Origin: Patescibacteria group bacterium
Lineage (GTDB): Bacteria > Patescibacteriota > Patescibacteriia > PEXW01
Direction of reading: 5' to 3'
Length of the DNA: 64,000 nucleotides
Assembly (NCBI GenBank): GCA_041671325.1
Contig: JBAZBR010000001.1
Span: 327,126 to 391,125 of the forward strand
The translations under genes and the position numbers were made by a program. This document shows positions 1-10,679 of the stretch, piece after piece (the stretch's first letter is position 1; each line of letters opens with the position of its first letter). The notes under the pieces are model-generated. The model saw only the letters and a list, made by a program, of their open reading frames with translations, did not search any database and was not told the origin of the DNA.

Positions 1-2
1 TG

Positions 3-902
3 GTGACTTGGAACAGCGAAAAATGGCTTAAGGATTGCTTGCAGTCAATTTTCAACCAAACCCAAAAACCCGGGAAAATTTTTATTACTGACAATGCTTC
101 CAATGATAAAACCTTGGAAATTTTGGGTAATTACCCTGAACTTGAACTTACAAAATCCAGTGAAAACTCGGGTTATGCCAAGGCTCATAATTTGAATATT
201 AATAAAAGCCAAAGTGATTTCATTTTAGTCATCAACCCGGATATTATTTTGAGTAATGACTATGTGGAAGTTTTATTAAATTTTGCTGGAAAAGATCAAA
301 AGATTTCAGCTTTAGTTGGTGAAATAAAGCATTTTCAAAATAAAGCGATTGATACTTGTGGCTTGCAAATAAAACCCTGGCGCCTTGTTAAAGAAATTAA
401 AAAAGAATTCAATGAACCAGAAGAAGTTTTTGGAATTTCTGGAGCAATTGCTTTATACCGAAAAACAGCGCTAGAAAATATACAAATTCAGGGTCAACTT
501 TTTGATGAAAGTTTTTTTGCCTATAAAGAAGACGTACAATTAGCTTGGCGTTTGCGCTGGGCAGGTTGGCATGCCTTTTGCGTGCCTCAAGCCAAAGCAA
601 ATCATGTCAGATCCGTGCGCGATGATACACCAAGGCGAAACCGCGATTTTTTAAGGCGAAAATTGAGTTACCGCAATCATTGGCTATTGTATGCAACGTC
701 TGAAAATTCAAAAACTGTATTACCTGATCTTTGGGTAATTGTGCCAGCGGAGATTTTTAGGTTTTTATATCTGCTAATTATTGATGCAAAAATGGCAATG
801 TCCGCCCTTGCTGAAGTCAAGAAAATGTGGCATTCTGCAAGAACGTTCGCCAAGCAAGAAAAACGTCTGCTTAAAGCAAGCGAATTGCGTTCTAAATTTT
901 AA
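3..902 (+). CDS. Family-2 glycosyltransferase (GT2). The 5' end is truncated by the window edge.
   Basis: ORF runs from the window start. The N-terminal region has the GT2 fold pattern (FITDNASNDKT ... VINPD) and the C-terminal half a typical GT2 acceptor-side region. Confidence 0.7.
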   Translation: MTWNSEKWLKDCLQSIFNQTQKPGKIFITDNASNDKTLEILGNYPELELTKSSENSGYAKAHNLNINKSQSDFILVINPDIILSNDYVEVLLNFAGKDQKISALVGEIKHFQNKAIDTCGLQIKPWRLVKEIKKEFNEPEEVFGISGAIALYRKTALENIQIQGQLFDESFFAYKEDVQLAWRLRWAGWHAFCVPQAKANHVRSVRDDTPRRNRDFLRRKLSYRNHWLLYATSENSKTVLPDLWVIVPAEIFRFLYLLIIDAKMAMSALAEVKKMWHSARTFAKQEKRLLKASELRSKF

Positions 903-906
903 TTCA

Positions 907-1734
907 ATGGAAAACCAGCCAGAAGTTTCGATAATCATTTTAAATTACAAAACTCGGGGTTTATTGCGCCAGTGTTTGCGGGGGATTGCCAGTTCAGGGG
1001 ATAAAATTTCCAAGCAAATTATTGTGGTTGATAATGCTTCAAGTGACGGCAGTATTGATATGCTAGAAGCAGAATTTCCAGAAGTTGTAATAATTGCCTC
1101 ACCAGAAAATAGGGGATTTGGCGCAGGCATGAATTTGGGCTTAAAAAGAGCTACTGGTCGGTATGCGATTTTACTGAATACAGACGTGGCCATTATGGAA
1201 AAACCTTTTGATCGTTTGGTGACTTTTATGGATCAGCATCCACGGGTTGGTTTGGCTGGCCCTAAATTGTTAAATCCAGACGGTTCAGTCCAATATTCTT
1301 GCTATCGTTTTCACAAATGGTATACACCAATTTTAAGGCGATCACCCTTAGGGTCTTTACCAAAACTTCGGAACCATCTAAAAAAGTTTTTAATGAAGGA
1401 CTTCAGCCATAATGAGAATCTGGCAGTTGATTGGTTACTGGGCGCTTTTTTAATTGTCCGTTTGCAGGCCTTGCCGCAAGTTGGTTATTTTGATGAAAGA
1501 TTTTTTCTATATTTTGAAGATGTGGATTGGTGTCGGAGATTTTGGGCCAAGAACTGGGCGGTTTACTATGTTGCAGATGTGGAAGTTGTCCATTATCATA
1601 AGCGTGAATCAGCCGAGATTGCCGGTTTTAGCGGCATTTTTTCCTACCCAACCAGGTTGCATATAAAATCCTGGCTCAGGTATTTGGCAAAATACTCTGG
1701 TGATAAAATTCCAGTTAGATTTAATAATTTATGA
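907..1734 (+). CDS. Family-2 glycosyltransferase (GT2).
   Basis: MENQPEVSIIILNYK ... VVDNASSDGS ... DVDWCRR, matching the rhamnosyltransferase-like GT2 pattern. The start was moved from ORF-track 781 to the ATG at 907, which follows the stop of the upstream GT2. Confidence 0.75.
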   Translation: MENQPEVSIIILNYKTRGLLRQCLRGIASSGDKISKQIIVVDNASSDGSIDMLEAEFPEVVIIASPENRGFGAGMNLGLKRATGRYAILLNTDVAIMEKPFDRLVTFMDQHPRVGLAGPKLLNPDGSVQYSCYRFHKWYTPILRRSPLGSLPKLRNHLKKFLMKDFSHNENLAVDWLLGAFLIVRLQALPQVGYFDERFFLYFEDVDWCRRFWAKNWAVYYVADVEVVHYHKRESAEIAGFSGIFSYPTRLHIKSWLRYLAKYSGDKIPVRFNNL

Positions 1735-3689
1735 ATTTTTTAAATAGAATAAAAGGTTTTTTTAAAACTTCAAAATCTGAAAAAGTTATAAGAATTTTGA
1801 AGAGGATATGGGCTTATGCCTGGCCACCTTTATTAGCAATTTTAGTTTTAATGCTAGTTTTCGGAATATTATATGGTCCAGGTTTCAAAACTATTTATCG
1901 GGAAGCCGTGGCAGGCCAAAAGGATTTGGAATCAGCCCAAAAACTGATTGTCGCTCAAGAGTTCGTGGCAGGTCAAGACAAATTAAAAACCGGAAAAATC
2001 CATTTAGAAAATGCCCAAACCAGAGTGAGAAAAATGAATTCCTTAAAAAAATTGCCTTGGGTAAAAACCCAAATTAATGCCATGGATAATTTATTGGCTG
2101 CGGGCATTTCCACGACCTCGGGCATAAATCGTTTAAGTGCATGGGCTGAGACTGTAGTCAAGCCTTTTAAAGTCGGTAAAGCTTTTAATTTAGGGGCTTT
2201 AAAACCTGAACAGAAAAGCTTGATCTTAAAAGCAATTTATGAGGCTCAGCCCGATTTGCAGGCAGCTAAAGCTTCTGTTGATTTAGCCATCACCAACATT
2301 GAACAAATCCCGAATACGGGCGTAGTTTCCCAAATTGCGAGCAAAGTTAAAACTTTCAAAGAATTACTGCCGCAGTTGCAAGAGGGTATAGCCATGGCAA
2401 TTCCCGCTTCAAAAGTAATCCCGCCTTTACTGGGTTATCCTGATCAGCAAAATTATCTGTTTTTATTACAAAATAATTCTGAATTACGGCCAACCGGCGG
2501 GTTTATTGGAACCTATGGGATTTTAAAGATTAAGGATGGCGAAATCCTCTCTTTTACTACTGATAATGTTTATAATTTAGATAACAAAGCCAAATACTTG
2601 AATATCACCCCGCCGCAACCTTTAATCCGTTATAACAGAACTAGCAAATGGTTTTTCCGAGATTCTAACTGGTCACCAGATTTTCCGACTTCAGCTCAGG
2701 AGGCCCTGAGTTTTTATCGGAAAGAAAATGGCCCAGAAAGAAAAATTGACGGTGTCATTGCCATGGATCCAGAAGTGTTTAAAAATTTATTAAATTTAAC
2801 CGGTCCGATTACGATAGGAAAAACTAAATTTACCTCGGAAAATCTAGTTGATGAACTCCAGTATTTAACCGGTTTCGCTTACGTTGATAATAAGACTGTC
2901 GATACAACCCAAAGGAAAGGAGTTATTGGCCAATTGGGTAAAATCATGATTGATAAAGTAATCCACTTGTCAAAAGATAAATATTCAAAAGCCTGGGTGA
3001 TTTTTAATAACGCGACCGAACAAAAGCATCTTATGCTTTGGGCGGCAAATACCAATCGTCAGTTAACGCTTGAACAGCTTAAATGGACTGGTTCGATCAA
3101 AGATCCAGTTGGCGATAATTTAATGGTGGTAGATGCGAATATTGCCAGTCTAAAAACCGATCCTGCCGTAAAAAGGACAATTACTTATGAATTAAAAAGG
3201 CAGGATGATCAGTTGATTGCCAATTTAACTTTAAAGTACGAAAATATCGGCCAATTGACCTGGAAAACAACCCGTTATCGGACATATACCCGTGTCTACG
3301 TGCCTTTAGGCAGCAAGTTAATATCCACCGAAGGGGAGATGTATGAATGTAATTCCAAAAAAGCCGGACAAGTGGATAAATTTGAGGAGTTGAACCATAC
3401 TGGAATTGGAATCTTTACCTGCGTTGAAATAGGCGCGACCAAAGAGCTGAAATTAAAATACCAGCTTTCACCGAAAATTTATGCTCAATTAGAGCAGGGT
3501 GAATATAATTTGTTAATCCAGAAACAGCCAGGCACTTTGGCAAGCAATTTGAATATTAATATTAATGTTGGCAAGAATATTAAAAGTTTAGTGAAACTTG
3601 AAAAAAATGAGAAAGTCAGTGGCAAAAATTTTCAAGCTAAAACCGATTTATCAGTAGACCGTTCGTATATTTTTAAATTAGAAGATTAA
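1731..3689 (+). CDS. Large N-terminally membrane-anchored protein, possibly DUF4012-like. Function unknown.
   Basis: 652-aa ORF with one N-terminal TM helix and no catalytic motif recognised. It sits in a co-directional run with the glycosyltransferases. The family assignment is inference. Confidence 0.6.
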   Translation: MNFLNRIKGFFKTSKSEKVIRILKRIWAYAWPPLLAILVLMLVFGILYGPGFKTIYREAVAGQKDLESAQKLIVAQEFVAGQDKLKTGKIHLENAQTRVRKMNSLKKLPWVKTQINAMDNLLAAGISTTSGINRLSAWAETVVKPFKVGKAFNLGALKPEQKSLILKAIYEAQPDLQAAKASVDLAITNIEQIPNTGVVSQIASKVKTFKELLPQLQEGIAMAIPASKVIPPLLGYPDQQNYLFLLQNNSELRPTGGFIGTYGILKIKDGEILSFTTDNVYNLDNKAKYLNITPPQPLIRYNRTSKWFFRDSNWSPDFPTSAQEALSFYRKENGPERKIDGVIAMDPEVFKNLLNLTGPITIGKTKFTSENLVDELQYLTGFAYVDNKTVDTTQRKGVIGQLGKIMIDKVIHLSKDKYSKAWVIFNNATEQKHLMLWAANTNRQLTLEQLKWTGSIKDPVGDNLMVVDANIASLKTDPAVKRTITYELKRQDDQLIANLTLKYENIGQLTWKTTRYRTYTRVYVPLGSKLISTEGEMYECNSKKAGQVDKFEELNHTGIGIFTCVEIGATKELKLKYQLSPKIYAQLEQGEYNLLIQKQPGTLASNLNININVGKNIKSLVKLEKNEKVSGKNFQAKTDLSVDRSYIFKLED

Positions 3690-3690
3690 G

Positions 3691-4704
3691 ATGGGCATCT
3701 TTGGTAAAAAATTAGGTATTGACCTGGGGACGACTAATACTTTAGTGCATATCCCGAACCGCGGTATTGTTTTAAACGAACCGTCAGTCGTGGCGATTTC
3801 AGTCATGGATAAAAGAGTTTTGGCTGTTGGCTCAGAAGCTAAAGAAATGTTGGGTCGGACACCCGATACCATCATTGCCTCTCGGCCGTTGAAAGAAGGG
3901 GTGATTGCTGATTATAAGACGACTGAAGCCATGTTAAGGTATTTTATCAATAAAGCCCTGGGCGGAGTAAAATTTTTCAGACCAGAAGTCATGATTGCTG
4001 TGCCTGCAGGAATTACCTCCACAGAAAGGCGGGCGGTCATTGACGCAACTATCCAAGCCGGGGCGAAAGCCGCGTATATTATTAAAGAACCTATTGCTGC
4101 TGCAATTGGGGCAAATATTCCAATTGGTTCAGCTTCTGGGCATATGATTATTGACTTGGGCGGCGGAACTTCTGAAGTTGCCGTAATTTCGCTTGGCGGC
4201 ATTGTAGCCAACACTTCAGTCAGGATTGGTGGCAATAAGTTTGATTCAGCCATTCAGGAATATACCCGGAAAAAACATGGGGTAGCTATAGGCGAAAGGA
4301 CTTCTGAAGAATTAAAAATTCAAATTGGTTCAGCCCTGCCTCTGGAAGAAAAATTGGTTATGGATATTAAAGGCCGGGATATGGTCAGTGGCTTACCGAC
4401 TACTTTAAGATTGACCTCAGATGATGTTACTGCTGCAATCCAAAATGAATTGATGGGTATAATTCAGGCCGTCAAATCTGTTTTACAGAATACTCCGCCT
4501 GAACTTTCAGCGGATGTCATTGATAAGGGCATGGTTTTGAGCGGCGGTTCGGCTTTATTGCGGAATTTGGACAAGCTTTTGACCCAAGAAACTGGAGTGC
4601 CGGCTTATGTTGCTGATGATCCACTGTTGTGCGTGGCTAAAGGTACGGGGGTGGCCTTGGATAACCTTGATTCATACAAGCGTAGCATTTTATCAGCCAA
4701 TTAA
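3691..4704 (+). CDS. mreB: Rod-shape-determining actin homolog MreB.
   Basis: LGIDLGTTNT at the N-terminus, then DLGGGTSEVAV and LSGGSALLRNLD. These are the actin/MreB ATPase motifs. Confidence 0.9.
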   Translation: MGIFGKKLGIDLGTTNTLVHIPNRGIVLNEPSVVAISVMDKRVLAVGSEAKEMLGRTPDTIIASRPLKEGVIADYKTTEAMLRYFINKALGGVKFFRPEVMIAVPAGITSTERRAVIDATIQAGAKAAYIIKEPIAAAIGANIPIGSASGHMIIDLGGGTSEVAVISLGGIVANTSVRIGGNKFDSAIQEYTRKKHGVAIGERTSEELKIQIGSALPLEEKLVMDIKGRDMVSGLPTTLRLTSDDVTAAIQNELMGIIQAVKSVLQNTPPELSADVIDKGMVLSGGSALLRNLDKLLTQETGVPAYVADDPLLCVAKGTGVALDNLDSYKRSILSAN

Positions 4705-4707
4705 AAT

Positions 4708-5913
4708 ATGCGCATTGGCATTGATGCTTCACGTGCAAATTGCAAGGAAAAAACTGGGACAGAATGGTATGCTTTTTATTTGATAAAAGCTCTTTTTAAG
4801 CATATCCAACCCCAAGACCAGGTCATTCTTTATTTAAAAGATCAACCAATAGTTGACTGGGGGGAAATGCCCGTGAATTTCAATTTTAAAATCTTGAATT
4901 GGCCGCCCAAATTTTTATGGACCCAGATCCGTTTATCTCTTGAAATGTTGCTTAAGCCGGTGGATATATTGTTTGTGCCGGCACACACCATTCCCATTAT
5001 TTGTCCCAAGAATACCCTGACAACAATTCATGATATTGGTTTTGAGCATAATCAGAGTCTTTATGACCAGAAAGATATTAGCCGCAAAGGTTTGGGCAAG
5101 AATTTCTTAAATTTTATTGTCAGGCTAGTGACTTTAGGAAAATATGGAGCTAATGAATACGATTACCATCGTTTTTCGGCGAGATTGGCTTTTAAAAAAT
5201 GCAAAAATATCCTGACGGTTTCAGAATTTTCCAAGAAAGATATTATAAATACTTACAAAATCGAGCCGGAAAGGATAACGGTTATATACAACGGCGTGAA
5301 TACCGATAAATTTAATATTAGTGTGAAAAATGATTTGACTAAAATCCATGAGATTCAAGGGCGGATCGGCATCAAGCCGCCTTATTTAATGACTTTAGGC
5401 AGAATTGAAAAAAAGAAGAATTCGCTTGGTTTAGTCGAGGCTTTTTGTCTTTTGAAAAAAGAAAAAGGCTTTAATGATTTTAAATTGTTAATGGTAGGCA
5501 AACCAGGTTTTGGTTATTCGGAAATTCTTAATAAAATAAAATCATACGGGCTTGAAAAAGAAATTTATTTGCCTGGCTGGGTAGCCGATCAAGACATTCC
5601 CTATTTATTAGCAAGCGCAGAAGTTTTTTTATTACCTTCTTTTTTCGAAGGCTTTGGTGTTCCAGTCATCGAAGCCATGGCGGTCAATACCCCGGTAGTC
5701 TGTAGCAATCTGACGGCTTTTCCGGAAATTATCGGAAGTGCTGGGATTTTAATAGATCCATATAATCCAGGCAAGATTGCCCAAGCTATAAAAAAAATAT
5801 TTGAAGATCCTGAATTGATAAATCGATTGACCCAAGAGGGCCAGCAAAGGTCCAAAATTTTCAATTGGGACAAAAGCGCGAAATTGCTTTCAAGAATAAT
5901 TTATTCATTATAA
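4708..5913 (+). CDS. Family-1 glycosyltransferase (GT4-type, retaining).
   Basis: C-terminal EGFGVPVIEAMAVNTPVVCS, the E-x7-E motif of GT1/GT4 enzymes. Confidence 0.8.
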   Translation: MRIGIDASRANCKEKTGTEWYAFYLIKALFKHIQPQDQVILYLKDQPIVDWGEMPVNFNFKILNWPPKFLWTQIRLSLEMLLKPVDILFVPAHTIPIICPKNTLTTIHDIGFEHNQSLYDQKDISRKGLGKNFLNFIVRLVTLGKYGANEYDYHRFSARLAFKKCKNILTVSEFSKKDIINTYKIEPERITVIYNGVNTDKFNISVKNDLTKIHEIQGRIGIKPPYLMTLGRIEKKKNSLGLVEAFCLLKKEKGFNDFKLLMVGKPGFGYSEILNKIKSYGLEKEIYLPGWVADQDIPYLLASAEVFLLPSFFEGFGVPVIEAMAVNTPVVCSNLTAFPEIIGSAGILIDPYNPGKIAQAIKKIFEDPELINRLTQEGQQRSKIFNWDKSAKLLSRIIYSL

Positions 5914-5933
5914 ATTTATTTGAATATCAGGTC

Positions 5934-5962
5934 TTGCAAAAAAGTCAATTTTATTGTACTAT
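5934..5962 (+). promoter_or_regulatory. Putative sigma-70 promoter for holB.
   Basis: TTGCAA, a 17-bp spacer, then TACTAT. The ATG at 5994 is 32 bp downstream. Confidence 0.35.
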
Positions 5963-5993
5963 CATTACAGCATTTTAAGTACTTAACTTAAGT

Positions 5994-6887
5994 ATGGAAA
6001 AAATTGGGCAGAAAAGACTAGAACAAGCACTTTTAAAAATATTAAAAAATAGAAATTTTGGTCATGCCATAATTTTTTCCGGTAATGACCAATTAGCCGT
6101 TAAGCAGGTTTCAAAATGGTTTGCTGAAATGCTTATTTGCCAGAAACCTAAGTTAAACAAACCATGCAATAATTGCCCGGCGTGCCTAAGCATTGCCAGA
6201 AACGAACAAACCTTAATCACAATTTTGAATCCTGAAAATCAGCATTATTCAGTTGAGCAGATAAGGAACCTGAAAAAAGACTTAGCTTTAAAAAATAGTT
6301 TAAATTTGAACCGAGCGGTAGTTTTAAATGAAATACAGTATTTACGTGATTCAGCCGCCAATGCCTTATTGAAGGTTTTAGAAGAACCTGGAAAGAATAC
6401 TTATTTTATTTTCACTGCTAATAATATATTAAGCGTTTTAAAAACCTTAAGTTCACGCGCTATTCATTTCATAATTCAACCAGTAGCCAAAACAGTTATT
6501 GAAAAAGCATTAAAAAGTAAAGATTTTTCTAAAAAAGACATAGAGCTAGCCTTAAAATTATACCCAGGAAAATTTCTTAAAGTTCTAGAATTGCTGGAAA
6601 ATACCGCAGATTTTGAGGAATTTAAAAAAGATTATTTAAAAATCAGCAAATTGTTGACTTCTAACAGATTAGAACGTTTGAATTTAAGCGATATGTTAAA
6701 TAAAAATAAAACCGACCATAACCAGAAGGAAAATTTTCAAAAATTAATTAATATTTTAATTGCCCAGATAAGGTTGGATCCGGGATATATGAAATATCTG
6801 CCAAAGCTTATGCATTCCCTTAAATTACTGCAAACCAATGCTAATCCTAAATTATTGTTTGAATCAATTTTAATCCAAATTCCATGA
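5994..6887 (+). CDS. holB: DNA polymerase III delta-prime subunit.
   Basis: Cys4 zinc module CNNCPACLSIAR and an AAA+ clamp-loader-like N-terminal half, about 300 aa. Confidence 0.75.
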   Translation: MEKIGQKRLEQALLKILKNRNFGHAIIFSGNDQLAVKQVSKWFAEMLICQKPKLNKPCNNCPACLSIARNEQTLITILNPENQHYSVEQIRNLKKDLALKNSLNLNRAVVLNEIQYLRDSAANALLKVLEEPGKNTYFIFTANNILSVLKTLSSRAIHFIIQPVAKTVIEKALKSKDFSKKDIELALKLYPGKFLKVLELLENTADFEEFKKDYLKISKLLTSNRLERLNLSDMLNKNKTDHNQKENFQKLINILIAQIRLDPGYMKYLPKLMHSLKLLQTNANPKLLFESILIQIP

Positions 6888-7939
6888 AAAAAATATTTAT
6901 TTTAAGCGTTGCACTTATTTTTTTTACCGCTTGTGGAATTAAAGTGAATACTTCTTCCTCTGGTTCCACGTCCGATGGGGGAGTATTTTTTTCTCAAGAT
7001 CGTGGGGAAACTTGGGCACAAAAAGTTTTTGTCAGCCAAACCCAAGCTAAAACTACAACCATTGGCAATGTCAATGTCGGTTATATATATTTTCACCCAA
7101 ACAATCCAAATATAATAATCATCAGCACTTTAGAAAATGGCTTATGGAGAACTGAAAACCTAGGTGAATCCTGGTCAGCTATGGGCTTGAAGGCGGGCTA
7201 TGTGACGGGTTTTGAAATTGATCCAAAGAATACAGATGTTATGTATGCCGGGTTTCAAAATACAGTTCAAAAAAGTACAGATAATGGTCAGACTTGGAAC
7301 GTGGTTTATACCAATCAACCAGGCAACACCATAAATCAGGTCAGGCTTGATCCGCTTGACAACCGAATTGTTTTCGCCGCAACCAATGGGGGAATTTTGT
7401 TAAAAAGCGAGGATCAAGGCGTAACCTGGAGAATTATCAAGCAATTTCCAAGCAAAGATTTGCAAAAGTTGATAATTCTGAAAAATGATTCCAGGATCAT
7501 GTTTTTATTAACCGGAGATGGAATTTTACGTTCAACCGATGGCGGTACTTCTTGGAGTGATAATATGACCCAAGCCTTAACCAAAGTAAACGCTTTACCG
7601 ATTAATGATTTCATATTTTCCGAAAGAAATCCCTCCATTATGTATGTGGTCAGTAATGTTGGTATTGCCAAATCAACCGATGGCGGCACGTCCTGGCAGA
7701 TAATCCCAACGGTTATCCCGCCAAATACTGTTCCCATCCAATCAATAGCGGTTAATACTTATGATGAAAAAGAAATTTATTTTGTTGCTGGTTCAACTTT
7801 TTATAAATCCCAAGACCTTGGCGCTACCTGGCAGACGATTAGAAACGTGCCTTCTGGCAGGTTATTCAGGTATTTAGTAGCGCATCCAAAAAAACCAGGC
7901 ACATTGTTACTGAGCACCTTATTAGTTAAGAAGAAATAA
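6884..7939 (+). CDS. Lipoprotein with BNR/Asp-box repeats (beta-propeller, Ycf48-like).
   Basis: Lipobox MKKIFILSVALIFFTACG. Repeated S-x-D-x-G-x-T-W motifs: STDNGQTW, SEDQGVTW, STDGGTSW (twice), SQDLGATW. Confidence 0.75.
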   Translation: MKKIFILSVALIFFTACGIKVNTSSSGSTSDGGVFFSQDRGETWAQKVFVSQTQAKTTTIGNVNVGYIYFHPNNPNIIIISTLENGLWRTENLGESWSAMGLKAGYVTGFEIDPKNTDVMYAGFQNTVQKSTDNGQTWNVVYTNQPGNTINQVRLDPLDNRIVFAATNGGILLKSEDQGVTWRIIKQFPSKDLQKLIILKNDSRIMFLLTGDGILRSTDGGTSWSDNMTQALTKVNALPINDFIFSERNPSIMYVVSNVGIAKSTDGGTSWQIIPTVIPPNTVPIQSIAVNTYDEKEIYFVAGSTFYKSQDLGATWQTIRNVPSGRLFRYLVAHPKKPGTLLLSTLLVKKK

Positions 7940-7940
7940 T

Positions 7941-8495
7941 ATGGAAAATTTTGTTCAAAGGCATCAAGGCGATTTTGAAAAAGTTATAAGTTTTTTAAAG
8001 CAAGACTTGCAAAGCATCAGGACTGGCCGAGCAACGCCAGCCATAATTGAACCGTTGATCATTGATGCTTATGGTACGCCCACGCCTTTAATCCAATTAG
8101 CCAGCATATCATGTCCAGAACCAACCCAACTTTTCATTCAACCCTGGGATCCAAACTTGATAAAAAGCATTGAGAAAGCCATTCAGACTTCCTCGCTGGG
8201 TTTAATGCCGGTTGTACAGGGCCAGGGGATTAGACTGAATTTTCCATCATTAACTGAAGAGAGAAGGAATGAAATGGTAAAACTGACCAAGGAAAAAATT
8301 GAAAAAGCAAAAGTATCGGTTAGGGGAGTCAGGGAAATAGTCCAAAAAAGCATTAAACAATCCGAGCGTGATGGGGAAGTTTCGGAAGACCAATCAGCAA
8401 TTGAGTTAAAGCAACTTCAAGACAAGGTTGATGAATTAAATGAGGTAATAATTGAAATTGGCAAGCAAAAGGAAAAGGATTTAACCACCATATAA
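7941..8495 (+). CDS. frr: Ribosome recycling factor.
   Basis: 184 aa with RRF-like sequence throughout (LQSIRTGRATPAIIEPLIIDAYG ... VRGVRE). Confidence 0.9.
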   Translation: MENFVQRHQGDFEKVISFLKQDLQSIRTGRATPAIIEPLIIDAYGTPTPLIQLASISCPEPTQLFIQPWDPNLIKSIEKAIQTSSLGLMPVVQGQGIRLNFPSLTEERRNEMVKLTKEKIEKAKVSVRGVREIVQKSIKQSERDGEVSEDQSAIELKQLQDKVDELNEVIIEIGKQKEKDLTTI

Positions 8496-8501
8496 ATTTA
8501 C

Positions 8502-9602
8502 ATGTTAACAATTGTAATTTTTCTCTTAATTTTGGGCCTACTTGTTTTTGTACATGAATTGGGGCACTTTATTTCCGCCAGGATTTTAGGGATTGGGGTT
8601 GAAGAATTTGGCTTTGGCTTTCCCCCCAAAATTTTCAGCCTAAAAAGAAAAAAAACTATCTATAGTATCAATTGGATCCCTTTGGGAGGTTTTGTCCGTT
8701 TGCATGGCGAAGACGGCAAGCAGAAAGATCCTGAAAGTTTTATGGTACAGAAAGCCTGGAAAAGATTTATTGTCTTATTTTCAGGGGTGTTCATGAATAT
8801 CATTTTAGCCGTAGTGATATTTATCATAGGTTTCAATATAGGTCTGCCCTCAGACTTAAGCGGAGATTTGCCTGCTGGCGCAAAAGTCAGAAATGCCCAA
8901 ATACAAATTGTCGAAGTTTCTGAGAATTCAGCTGCTTCAAGCATAGGGCTTAACGTGGGTGATATTTTGTTAAAAGTAAATAATACTGCAATTAATACCA
9001 TTCAAAATGCTCAAGATCTTGCTAAACAGGCTGGGGAAAACATAGTAACTGTTGAGTATTCACGTTCAGGAAAAATTTATTCTAAACCTGTTAAGTTGCA
9101 AAAAATACCCGGAACTGATCGGGCTGGTTTAGGCGTTGCTTTAGCCCAGACCGGGCTAGTTTCCTTTTCTTTTGCCCGGGCGGTTGTACAGGGCATCCTG
9201 GCGGCCTTTCGGTCACTTTGGATGATTATACTGGCCTTTGCCCAAATTATCAGTGATTTATTCACTTACCATAAAGTCACCGCGGATGTGGCCGGACCTG
9301 TGGGTATTGCCATTTTGACTGGTCAAGTGGTAAAACTAGGGTTCGTCTATCTAATCCAATTCGCAGCCTTGCTTTCCTTAAATTTAGCGATTATCAATTT
9401 TTTACCAATTCCAGCTTTAGATGGCGGCCGAGCCTTATTTTTATTAATAGAAAAATTTAGAGGCAAGCCCATAAGCCAAATAATCGAAGCGAAAATTCAC
9501 AATACCGGGTTTGCGATTTTATTGGCCTTAATCGTGTTGGTAACTTTCAGGGATGTTTTTAAATTAAATGTTATCCAGCAAATTTGGAATAAGATATTTT
9601 AA
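8502..9602 (+). CDS. rseP: RIP site-2 zinc metalloprotease RseP.
   Basis: HELGHF (HExxH) in the first TM helix, a central PDZ-like region, and a C-terminal membrane domain. Confidence 0.85.
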   Translation: MLTIVIFLLILGLLVFVHELGHFISARILGIGVEEFGFGFPPKIFSLKRKKTIYSINWIPLGGFVRLHGEDGKQKDPESFMVQKAWKRFIVLFSGVFMNIILAVVIFIIGFNIGLPSDLSGDLPAGAKVRNAQIQIVEVSENSAASSIGLNVGDILLKVNNTAINTIQNAQDLAKQAGENIVTVEYSRSGKIYSKPVKLQKIPGTDRAGLGVALAQTGLVSFSFARAVVQGILAAFRSLWMIILAFAQIISDLFTYHKVTADVAGPVGIAILTGQVVKLGFVYLIQFAALLSLNLAIINFLPIPALDGGRALFLLIEKFRGKPISQIIEAKIHNTGFAILLALIVLVTFRDVFKLNVIQQIWNKIF

Positions 9603-9612
9603 ATAAATTATC

Positions 9613-10677
9613 ATGATACTTGATGGACTATTAGGAAAATTTTCAAGGGATTTGGGCATAGATTTAGGCACTTCTAGTACTTTAGTCTATGTCAAAGGTA
9701 AAGGCATAATGATCAATGAACCTTCAGTGGTTTCAGTTAATACGCGAACCCAGCAAATTTTAGCCGTCGGTACCGAGGCTAGGAAAATGGTCGGTAAAAC
9801 CCCAAGCCATATTATCGCCGCTAAGCCTTTGGTTGACGGGGTTATTTCTGACTTTGAAGTGACAGAAAAAATGTTGAGGTATTTTGTTGATAAAGTTCAT
9901 CGCGAAGGTTTCACTTTAATACCACGGCCACGCGTGGTAATCGGCATACCTTTGGGTGTAACTGAAGTTGAAAGGAAAGCCGTAGAAGACGCAACACTCC
10001 ATGCTGGCGCCAGAGAAGTCTATTTAATTGAACAGCCAATGGCTGCGGCCATCGGTTCAAGATTGCCTATTCAAGATGCCTCTGGCACTATGATTGTTGA
10101 CATTGGCGGCGGCACAACTGATATTGCCGTAATTTCCCTAGGTGGCGTGGTTACCTGGCGAAGTTTGCGCACAGCTGGTAATTCCTTTGATAACAGCATA
10201 ATCCAGTATTGCCGTTCACATTTCAATCTGTTAATTGGTGAAAGCATGGCTGAGGAAATAAAAATTTCCATTGGCACAGCAACCGAAGATAATGACGCTT
10301 TGGAAACTAAAGCCAGGGGCAGGGATTTAATAACAGGTTTGCCAAAAGAAATCACTATAACCGGTCAAAACATCAGGGAAGCTTTAGCCCGATCGTTAGG
10401 GATTTTAGTGGAGAATATCGGCAGTGTGATTGAAAGTACTCCACCGGAATTAGTTGCCGATATTCATCAACGAGGTATTTTGTTAACTGGTGGAGGAGCA
10501 TTATTAAGGGGTTTGGCTGATTTGATACAGCGGGAGACAAGAATAATTGTTCATGTGGCCGATGACCCTTTGACTGCAGTTGTCCGGGGTACGGGCATTG
10601 TCTTAGAGGATTTAGATGGTTTAAAAAATATTTTAGTTTTATCAACGGAAAACAGCAATTCAGGAGGTAAACGTTAG
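9613..10677 (+). CDS. mreB: Second MreB paralog (MreB/Mbl-like).
   Basis: LGIDLGTSSTLVY, DIGGGTTDIAV, LTGGGALLRGL. It lies directly upstream of mreC. Confidence 0.88.
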   Translation: MILDGLLGKFSRDLGIDLGTSSTLVYVKGKGIMINEPSVVSVNTRTQQILAVGTEARKMVGKTPSHIIAAKPLVDGVISDFEVTEKMLRYFVDKVHREGFTLIPRPRVVIGIPLGVTEVERKAVEDATLHAGAREVYLIEQPMAAAIGSRLPIQDASGTMIVDIGGGTTDIAVISLGGVVTWRSLRTAGNSFDNSIIQYCRSHFNLLIGESMAEEIKISIGTATEDNDALETKARGRDLITGLPKEITITGQNIREALARSLGILVENIGSVIESTPPELVADIHQRGILLTGGGALLRGLADLIQRETRIIVHVADDPLTAVVRGTGIVLEDLDGLKNILVLSTENSNSGGKR

Positions 10678-10679
10678 CA